Positions 9,250 through 17,367 of a stretch of DNA of 20,537 bases are shown here, piece after piece (the stretch's first letter is position 1; every line of letters begins with the position of its first letter). The notes below the pieces were generated by a model, which was not told the DNA's origin, did no database searches, and was given only the letters and a program-made list of their open reading frames with translations. Source of the DNA: Promethearchaeota archaeon (GTDB lineage: Archaea > Asgardarchaeota > Lokiarchaeia > Sigyniarchaeales > SOKP01); NCBI GenBank assembly GCA_029838195.1, contig JALGVJ010000054.1:1-20537 (forward strand), in the 5' to 3' direction. A program made the translations under genes and the position numbers.

Positions 9250-11946
9250 TTAATCACTCTCATTTTCAGTCTTTTTTCTTGTTAAATAATCAGCCCATTG
9301 AATGGCAACTGATATAAAATTAATATTTTTAATACGTGAACGAGAAGATTGTTTAAATAAATTATTCTTAATGATAATTTCAAACATTTTTAGAATGAAA
9401 TTACTCAACAATCGCGTGTCCGAGTCCTTGGAATTTAATTCGGCTCTTAAAAAATAACGCAATCGCCAGAGTTTAGGGACCCGCACGCTTCCCTTTAATG
9501 ATTCATGGAGCAGTTCTTTCATGCGTAAGGAGGTGAGCTTTAATTTATGGAGCAAGGATTTTGAAATTTTTTTATTATTAATTAAATAAATTAGAATATC
9601 TTTTAGAAGGAAGGATAATTCAAACTCAGATTTATCATCTAGTAATTCTAAGAGCCTTGAGGTCTGTTCTTGCTCGCTTTCTAAATTCATGATCTCCAAC
9701 ACTTTTTCTACGTGGTATTTCAAGCATTTTTCCTCGTCATCAATTACCGACTGATATTCCTCTTCTTTTTTCAAGGACCAATCCCACGTCAAGACCGAGC
9801 CGAATAATGCTATTTTATTTTTAGTATTTTTATTTGGCGTGAAGATTTCATGGTGTTTCGCAGCATCCAATTGCTCTTCTGCTAAGGCTGAGGCTTTCAT
9901 GATTGGAAATTTCGGGTCCTCGATGACAATGCCCGCACTCATGGTAACGTTGGAATTAAATGCCGTGAATCTTCTAAAATCCCTGTATACATGCCACGCA
10001 AACAAGATTAGCTCATCCCAAGCTCCCAGAGCAAAAAGATCGTCTCCTCCCGAATAAATGATGTAAACGCTTTCTTTATAACGTTCTTGAAGCTTGGAAA
10101 TGTATCCCTTAAAGAATAAATTCAAGGAGGTACTCAAGGTAGAGATCCGAGAAAATGAGGCATTTTCTCCGAGTCCTTTTTGCACGATCAATCCTAAAAA
10201 ATCAACATCCATTTTTAGAATGCCGAGTTTCCCGTAGCCCGTTCTTTTTTCCGCCCCTCTTGCCAACTCATCATTATTATAAATGGAATTATCATTTTTT
10301 AACGGAAATCCCGTGGAATATAAAACATGTCCTAAAGTATTTACATTCCCGGGTTCGTTGATAGAATACCAAGTTTTAATATCGTTAATATTTAAATTAT
10401 TCAAATTATTCTCAAAAACCACTGCCAATTGGAGTTCATTAAAGAGTCTGTTATAGCTCCGAGGGCTATTCGTGATTTTCTTAATCAAACATGCTCCTTT
10501 CAAATCATTCGTGAGGTCGATAAACCCCTTACAATGCTCGCAAATCAATTCTTCGCGCGCAAGATCCGAAGGATCAATGAGTTGTAAGGCCGGATAAGAA
10601 TTACATATAATGCAGCGCTCTTCTAATTGCAAATCATTCTCATTCGGTCCAAAAATCTCTTTAAATTTCTCATTAAGATTACCGTCATCCGAAAAAATAA
10701 TGTCCTTAAACCTTTGTCGTTTCCTGAAATTCGTTTTTTCAGAAACCCGTTTCCAAGGGTTAAATTTTTGATAAAAAATTATATTTTCTAAAGTTAAAGG
10801 AACATGTGCCACCGCTAAATAAAGATTCGCATTAAATTCTTTTAAAAAGAATTCGTTTATTACTTTGACTTTCTCGCTGAGATATGACTCAAGCTGCTCA
10901 AAATAATGTGTTATTAAATAAAAATGCCCGCCTCCGGCAAATATGATGTTCGCCTTCGTTAGCTTGAGTTCTCTCACCAAATATTCAGCGACAAGTTCAG
11001 TCATTAGACTAAAATAAAAAGACCTTCCCTTAAGCGTCTTGCTTGCATACTTTGAAGTAATAAGATGAATGAATCGCTGAATGCCGGAAAAATCACCGTG
11101 CACCAATGCAAAAAGCTTTCGTGATTTAAACAACTTTTCTTTATCGGATCCTTTAATCTCATCTAAATAATGCGTTCCTTCATGATACAACTTTTCAAAT
11201 AAAACTCCAATATCATTTAAGAAAGTAACTTTATCGTCTTCATTAAAATACCTTTTCTCAAGATATTCATTAATAGCGGCAGAAAACGCACATGCCACCT
11301 TTAAATGATCAAATAAACTTATATCAGGCTCCACTTCATAGGCAGCCGAAGGAACAAGTTTGAGATGCGTGAATAATAAAGAATAAAGAAATTCAAACTT
11401 TAATTCAAAATCATCATCACCATTATCATACCTTTCAATAGCCGCAAGCTTTTCTTGAAATTTATTCCAATTTTGCTTGAAATTTTCTTTTATTTCTTTT
11501 TGAACCTTGCTTAGCGTATTGGGAAAAATTTCAGGGCAATCCCCTTCCATCTCTAACGCTTTCCCCAAATGATAAAATTCTTTTACTTGTCTTGAAGGTG
11601 TATTAATAACATCATGGTCAAATATTTTTATTTTTGAAAAAATAGAAGTAAGTCCCACTTTCGATATTTCTCCTCTATCTTCTGATGTTATCCGCTCAGA
11701 AGACGCTAGCCAATCCGAAAGAACCAGTATTTTCAACGGTAAATACCCTTCCTTTTGAAAAAGATTCTTAATTTCCTTCAGGTGATGCAAGTTCACTAAC
11801 GAGGATATTTCCGATGAGAAAGCTTTCTGGTTCTCAATTAATCTACCACCAATCTCGGAATGCGAGCCCCTTTCACCCGCCCGATATCCCAATTTCCCTA
11901 TATCATGAGTCAGTGAAGAAAATAGTGATTTGTCTTTCTCGTTCAT
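9250..11946 (-). CDS. cas10: Type III-A Cas10/Csm1 with intact HD nuclease and Palm cyclase motifs
   Basis: HDIGK (HD), GDFSGIQRFI, LKGRSF, GGGHF, CxxC...CxxC zinc site, KMDVDFLG, YSGGDD. Confidence 0.97.
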   Translation of the reverse strand: MNEKDKSLFSSLTHDIGKLGYRAGERGSHSEIGGRLIENQKAFSSEISSLVNLHHLKEIKNLFQKEGYLPLKILVLSDWLASSERITSEDRGEISKVGLTSIFSKIKIFDHDVINTPSRQVKEFYHLGKALEMEGDCPEIFPNTLSKVQKEIKENFKQNWNKFQEKLAAIERYDNGDDDFELKFEFLYSLLFTHLKLVPSAAYEVEPDISLFDHLKVACAFSAAINEYLEKRYFNEDDKVTFLNDIGVLFEKLYHEGTHYLDEIKGSDKEKLFKSRKLFALVHGDFSGIQRFIHLITSKYASKTLKGRSFYFSLMTELVAEYLVRELKLTKANIIFAGGGHFYLITHYFEQLESYLSEKVKVINEFFLKEFNANLYLAVAHVPLTLENIIFYQKFNPWKRVSEKTNFRKRQRFKDIIFSDDGNLNEKFKEIFGPNENDLQLEERCIICNSYPALQLIDPSDLAREELICEHCKGFIDLTNDLKGACLIKKITNSPRSYNRLFNELQLAVVFENNLNNLNINDIKTWYSINEPGNVNTLGHVLYSTGFPLKNDNSIYNNDELARGAEKRTGYGKLGILKMDVDFLGLIVQKGLGENASFSRISTLSTSLNLFFKGYISKLQERYKESVYIIYSGGDDLFALGAWDELILFAWHVYRDFRRFTAFNSNVTMSAGIVIEDPKFPIMKASALAEEQLDAAKHHEIFTPNKNTKNKIALFGSVLTWDWSLKKEEEYQSVIDDEEKCLKYHVEKVLEIMNLESEQEQTSRLLELLDDKSEFELSFLLKDILIYLINNKKISKSLLHKLKLTSLRMKELLHESLKGSVRVPKLWRLRYFLRAELNSKDSDTRLLSNFILKMFEIIIKNNLFKQSSRSRIKNINFISVAIQWADYLTRKKTENESD

Positions 11947-12006
11947 TTTTGAAAATATTATTAGATTAAACCAAGATCTGTATGATTAATTTGTACCATT
12001 CCATAT

Positions 12007-12020
12007 TATTTAAATTTTTG
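12007..12020 (-). promoter_or_regulatory. Candidate BRE/TATA box for the cas10 operon
   Basis: Minus strand reads CAAAAA-TTTAAATA about 60 bp upstream of the cas10 ATG, the same TTTAAATA box as in the CRISPR leaders. AT-rich context weakens the call. Confidence 0.35.
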
Positions 12021-12084
12021 TGTTTCAATTTCCTTTTCTATTTACTTTAGTTTTTATAAATCAAATTTAAACTATTTAAAGAAA

Positions 12085-12128
12085 GTCGAGCATCTTCCCC
12101 TGCCTATTTATAAAAAAAAAGAAGCCGA
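12085..12128 (-). promoter_or_regulatory. Inverted, diverged copy of the leader dyad motif upstream of cas10
   Basis: Minus strand reads TCGGCTTC-N29-GCTCGAC versus TCGAGCTTC-N29-GCTCGAC in leaders 1 and 4; 12085-12097 is the exact reverse complement of 15799-15811. Confidence 0.55.
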
Positions 12129-12263
12129 AAAAAATTTTCAAATTAGCATCGTGCTTGAACAAATTGTTTAAAATTAAAGGCAAATTAATCGAGCGATCTT
12201 TCATTAAATCACTATTTTAACTCCCTTGGGGCGCTCCCGGTAAAATTCAAAAATGGGTAATCC

Positions 12264-12596
12264 TACTTCTTTATTTTCGGTTATATTACCTTTCTTTCAT
12301 GAGGAAAACTCACGGGCGCTATTTTCCCGGAACCAATTTTTGTCGAGCTTCCTTTATTAATAATTAGCATGAAAAGAAATGCTCGACAGATCCGTTAAAA
12401 ATAAAAATTTAACAAGATTGGTCAGTGTCACGTTTACTTTATGAAAATTAATGTTTCTTCAAAGAAATTAAAAATAAAAAACGGAAAGCACAAGTTCGAG
12501 GATATCTTTTCCCAAAAGCCAAAAATTAACTTTAATCGTTATGATTGCAATTTCCGTGCATTTAAATAAGATTCCTTCTTCTCCTATTTTATAAGG
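12264..12596 (+). promoter_or_regulatory. CRISPR leader 1 (full length)
   Basis: AT-rich, abuts the first repeat, aligns over ~333 bp with 15688-16021. Contains dyad GTCGAGC (12342-12348)/GCTCGAC (12381-12387) and TATA-like TTTAAATA (12561-12568). Confidence 0.88.
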
Positions 12597-14604
12597 GTAG
12601 CATCTGATAAGCCATCATAACAAGGATTGCGACAATGTAAGAATCATTGAATGCATTATTATACGTGTTGTAGCATCTGATAAGCCATCATAACAAGGAT
12701 TGCGACCTCCAAGAGTTTTCCAAACCCGTCGGTCTGGAAGGCTTGTAGCATCTGATAAGCCATCATAACAAGGATTGCGACGTAGAGAATCCAATGTCTG
12801 GTTCATTAGTATTTTATCTGTAGCATCTGATAAGCCATCATAACAAGGATTGCGACAGATCCAAAAAAGCCGAGTAGAAGCCGTCTACTCCCCAAATTTT
12901 TAGTAGCATCTGATAAGCCATCATAACAAGGATTGCGACAACACATCACCAAAAAGATATACTTTTTCCTTACTTCCCGTAGCATCTGATAAGCCATCAT
13001 AACAAGGATTGCGACCTTAGCCTCTCTGCAAGCTCCCAGAGTTGTGTAAGGGAATTATAAGTAGCATCTGATAAGCCATCATAACAAGGATTGCGACAAT
13101 CCATTGCATAACTTTTTTAGAAAACTCGGAATCGATTCAAGTAGCATCTGATAAGCCATCATAACAAGGATTGCGACTAATTCCGCACGGGGACATTCTT
13201 TACAAGCCGATATGGTAGCATCTGATAAGCCATCATAACAAGGATTGCGACCATGATAAGGAAGAGGAAGTAAATCATTCAATAAAAAAGTAGCATCTGA
13301 TAAGCCATCATAACAAGGATTGCGACATGAACCTATCAAACTTTTCCGTAATATCAGGGAGGCGTAGCATCTGATAAGCCATCATAACAAGGATTGCGAC
13401 GAAAAGAGCATGGTATCGGTCTCATTGCAATTCCCTTTTGTAGCATCTGATAAGCCATCATAACAAGGATTGCGACACCTGCGAGATGAACGGTTGAGTG
13501 ACGGCGATCCTGCTGTAGCATCTGATAAGCCATCATAACAAGGATTGCGACTCTCGAGCGGTTGATGGAGAACGGGTTCGTGGACAAGTGTAGCATCTGA
13601 TAAGCCATCATAACAAGGATTGCGACATTACAATTAAGAGTATTACTACTCCCGCAATTATTAATGGTAGCATCTGATAAGCCATCATAACAAGGATTGC
13701 GACTTTATTCTAAATTTTACTTTCATAAAAAATACATCACCGTAGCATCTGATAAGCCATCATAACAAGGATTGCGACTTTAATAAATATGGATATTGTT
13801 CCTCACTCCTTCTGGTAGCATCTGATAAGCCATCATAACAAGGATTGCGACTTAGCTCTTTCTCGGGATGATTCTCGGGAGGCACGTTCTGTAGCATCTG
13901 ATAAGCCATCATAACAAGGATTGCGACTCTTGCTCCTCGACTGGAATCGGGCAACGGATAAATTCCGTAGCATCTGATAAGCCATCATAACAAGGATTGC
14001 GACAAAAGAAAAAGAAAAAAAACTTTTTATTAATTTTTAGTTTGTAGCATCTGATAAGCCATCATAACAAGGATTGCGATAACCACAGATCATATGTCTT
14101 TTCTTGGTCCACTACATGTAGCATCTGATAGGCCATCATAACAAGGATTGCGACAGTCTCTCATAACCGATATGGGAATGTTCACATAATTGTAGCATCT
14201 GATAGGCCATCATAACAAGGATTGCGATAATGCAATTCTCGCATGAACGTTGTAGCTTGCACTCCAGGGTAGCATCTGATAGGCCATTATAACAAGGATT
14301 GCGAATTGTTTAGCTGTTTAGTTTTCGTGCTGTTTTTTATTTTGTAACATCTGATATGCCATCATAACAAGGATTGCGACTCCCAGATCTCCAATAACTC
14401 TCGTAAATACCCATCCATTGTAGCATCTAATATGCCATTATAACAAGGATTGCGACGTGGTAAACCTGGCCGTCAGGCGGGTAACGTTTCGGATGTAGTA
14501 TTTGAAATGCCATTATAACAAGGATTGCGACCATCGAGGACACTCGTAGATGGACATGTATTCATTGCTCCAGTAGTATTTGAAATGCCATCATAACAAG
14601 GATT
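12597..14604 (+). CRISPR. CRISPR sub-array 1: 27 repeats, 26 spacers (36-46 nt)
   Basis: Repeat GTAGCATCTGATAAGCCATCATAACAAGGATTGCGAC; first 19 identical, then increasingly variant; last repeat cut after 32 nt. Orientation from leader position, distal decay and the ATTGCGAC 3' octamer (type III 5'-tag). Confidence 0.98.
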
Positions 14605-14740
14605 TCCTTCAAAGAAATTAAAAAGCGAAAAGTACAAGTTCGAGGATATCTTTTCCCAAAAGCCAAAAATTAACTTTAATCGTCATGATTGCAATATCCG
14701 TGCATTTAAATAAGATTCCTTCTTCTCCTATTTTATAAGG
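14605..14740 (+). promoter_or_regulatory. CRISPR leader 2 (truncated, 136 bp)
   Basis: Matches the proximal part of leader 1 (...GTGCATTTAAATAAGATTCCTTCTTCTCCTATTTTATAAGG) and lacks the distal dyad. Confidence 0.88.
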
Positions 14741-15301
14741 GTAGCATCTGATAGGCCATCATAACAAGGATTGCGACGCCAGATGAGGAAGTAATCAAAA
14801 ATTCTGGATCACAACCGATGTAGCATCTGATAGGCCATCATAACAAGGATTGCGACTATACTAGCTTTTCGATAATTTTTAAATGATTCGTAAAAGTAGC
14901 ATCTGATAGGCCATCATAACAAGGATTGCGACGTTGCGTAGCTGCTTGCTGCCAAGTCCACCTACTCGTGTAGCATCTGATAGGCCATTATAATAAGGAT
15001 TGCGATAATGGTCATTCCACCGGGAGTGCAACCGGAGCACCACCGTAGCATCTGATAGGCCATTGTAATAAGGATTGCGATAGTATATCGGAGTAGAAAC
15101 TCGGAGTATGGATCATAATGTAGCATCTGATAGGCCATTATAATAAGGATTGCGATTTCGAGCTGGAAGACCCCCTTGGGGCTAATGGCTTGAGTAGCAT
15201 CTGATAGGCCATTATAACAAGGATTGCGATCTATATTTGTTATATATGTAATCTGCCATACGATCGATTGTAGCATCTGATAGGCCATCATAACAAGGAT
15301 T
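14741..15301 (+). CRISPR. CRISPR sub-array 2: 8 repeats, 7 spacers
   Basis: GATAGGCC repeat variant; last repeat (15270-15301) cut after 32 nt. Confidence 0.96.
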
Positions 15302-15443
15302 TCATTAAAGGAAATTAAAAATAAAAAGCGAAAAGCACGAGTTCGAGGATAATTTTTCCAAAAAGCCAAAAATTAACTTTAATCGTCATGATTACAGTTT
15401 CCGTGCATTTAAATAAGATTCCTTCTTCTCTTATTTTATAAGG
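15302..15443 (+). promoter_or_regulatory. CRISPR leader 3 (truncated, 142 bp)
   Basis: Same proximal leader segment and same left junction as leader 2. Confidence 0.88.
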
Positions 15444-15631
15444 GTAGCATCTGATAAGCCATCATAACAAGGATTGCAATTTTGCATCTTGACCAGCAAT
15501 TGACGCATTAAGCCAAAAGTAGCATCTGATAGGTCATCATAACAAGGATTGCGATTAAAACCTGCATTCTCCAATGTCTCGTTTTCCCAAAAAGGTAGCA
15601 TCTGATAGGCCATCATAACAAGGATTATTAC
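15444..15631 (+). CRISPR. CRISPR sub-array 3: 3 repeats, 2 spacers
   Basis: Repeats at 15444, 15519 and 15595; the last ends in degenerate GGATTATTAC. Confidence 0.93.
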
Positions 15632-15687
15632 GGGGAGATAATTCAAATAACGGAACGCTAATTGATAATCATACAGATCTGAATTGA

Positions 15688-16021
15688 TACTCCTTTATTT
15701 GAAGGTTTGTTACTTTTCTTTCATAAAGACAACTCTCGGGCGCCATTTTCCCGGAACCAATTTTTGTCGAGCTTCCTTTATTAGAAATGAATTCAAATGA
15801 AGATGCTCGACGGATCGGTTAAAAATAAAAATTTAACAAAATTGGTCAGTGTCCCGTTTACTTCCCGGAAATTAATGTTTCCTTCAAAGAAATTAAAAAT
15901 AAAAAGCGAAAAGTACAAGTTCGAGATAAACTTTTCCAAAAAGCCAAAAGTTAATTTTAATCGTCATAATTGCAATATCCGTGCATTTAAATAAGATTCC
16001 TTCTTCTCCTATTTTATAAGG
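15688..16021 (+). promoter_or_regulatory. CRISPR leader 4 (full length)
   Basis: Colinear with leader 1; dyad arms at 15766-15772 and 15805-15811; TTTAAATA at 15986-15993. Confidence 0.88.
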
Positions 16022-16816
16022 GTAGGAATGATAGGCCATAATAACAAGGATTGCGACGCATTCAGAAAATGCAAAAGGGTACCGGCCACGTATTCCGTAG
16101 CATCTGATTGGCCATTATAACAAGGATTGCGACTATGGCACTGTATCGTTATCCGCATCCCCACTGATATCATAGTATTTGAAATGCCATTATAACAAGG
16201 ATTGCGATCCATTTTGGAGGAAGTCAAGCAAGAAGGCATCCACTTTGTAGCATCTGATAGGCCATCATAACAAGGATTGCGACAAACAAGAATGGGACTT
16301 CAAGGGAACTTAACCTCCGTCCCATTTGTAGCATCTGATATGCCATCATAACAAGGATTGCGACACCAGGCTATAGACAATCATAAAGATCACTACGGCG
16401 ATTTAGCATCTGATATGCCATCATAACAAGGATTGCGACACCAGGCTATAGACAATCATGAAGATCACTACGGCGATTTAGCATCTGATAGGCCATTATA
16501 ATAAGGATTGCGACGGAAAATCAAGGAAAAGTCTCCTAACTCTCCGCATTAGAGTAGCATCTGATAGGCCATTATAACAAGGATTGCGACTTTCCTTTCC
16601 CACACCAAAGGCAAATCATTTCATTTTTGTAGCATCTGATAGGCCATTATAATAAGGATTGCGACTACACCATCTGTTTTACATTAGGTTTATTCCTTTC
16701 AGGCGTAGCATCTGATAGGCCATAATAATAAGGATTGCGATAAGCCAAACTCATGCGAACCACATTCGCATGAGATTATGTAGCATCTGATAGGCCATTA
16801 TAACAAGGATTACGAC
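16022..16816 (+). CRISPR. CRISPR sub-array 4: 11 repeats, 10 spacers
   Basis: Heterogeneous repeats; first is mutated (GTAGGAATGATAGG..., 36 nt); one spacer tandemly duplicated; last repeat ends GATTACGAC. Confidence 0.96.
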
Positions 16817-16817
16817 A

Positions 16818-16825
16818 TTTTTTTT
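16818..16825 (+). terminator. Oligo-T tract, candidate archaeal terminator of the pre-crRNA
   Basis: T-run immediately after the final repeat. Confidence 0.4.
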
Positions 16826-16965
16826 ACGTGATTTGTGAAATTACGACTCTTTTATCTTGAACTATTCTCTTCTTTTAAAAGAATATGAACTAAAATTATC
16901 TTAACTAGACCCTATTTCAAATGAATACTTCAATTTAAAAATTTAAAGCTAAAAAGATAGAAACC

Positions 16966-17205
16966 ATGAAATGTAAATCCGAACGGGAGATAAAAAGATT
17001 CTTATTTTCCATTAAAAATAAAGAAATGCGGATTGTTATAGCCGATACTTATTATTATACAAATAAAGGGTTCATTAAGATTTATAATGAATGTTCAAAT
17101 CGATTTAATAATTATTGCCTAGAATTAAAAAAAGATTGTAGTTTTTATTTGTGTCCGCAACGTGAACAATTATTAAATGAATTTTTGGAAAGTAAAGGTA
17201 AATAA
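16966..17205 (+). CDS. Small hypothetical protein with C-terminal Cys cluster
   Basis: 79-aa ATG ORF, long for such AT-rich DNA; C-x7-C-x6-C-x4-C-P cluster; N-terminus homologous to 18963-19013. Confidence 0.55.
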   Translation: MKCKSEREIKRFLFSIKNKEMRIVIADTYYYTNKGFIKIYNECSNRFNNYCLELKKDCSFYLCPQREQLLNEFLESKGK

Positions 17206-17367
17206 TTCATCTCATATTCTATTAATTTTTATATCTTTTTTCTTGGGCATTTTGGTTTCTTTGCGCCTTTGTAAATTTTATTAGAATATACAGAGAAAAT
17301 TTTTTCTTTAAATAAAATAAATGAAAGATAATAACCATTAAAATAATTGTTTTTAATATAATTTAAA

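Noticed and set aside
870-10361. Short ORFs overlapping or antisense to long genes (870, 2634, 3636, 3940, 5019, 5638, 6498, 6680, 8350, 8382, 9839, 10155; also 18249)
   Set aside because: Shadow frames of well-supported genes with no motifs of their own.
15797-15994. 65-aa ORF inside leader 4
   Set aside because: The homologous region of leader 1 has a stop and indels, so the frame is not conserved.
12615-16239. Minus-strand ORFs with recurring RNPCYDGLSDAT / VAILVMMAYQML peptides
   Set aside because: They are translations of the CRISPR repeat's reverse complement, not repeat proteins.
12634-16779. Self-targeting or cas-regulating spacers
   Set aside because: I saw no spacer match elsewhere in the window by eye. 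This was not exhaustive; a short-word BLAST would settle it.
16835-16848. AAATTACGAC echo of the terminal repeat 3' end
   Set aside because: Only about 8 matching bases and wrong spacing for a further repeat-spacer unit.
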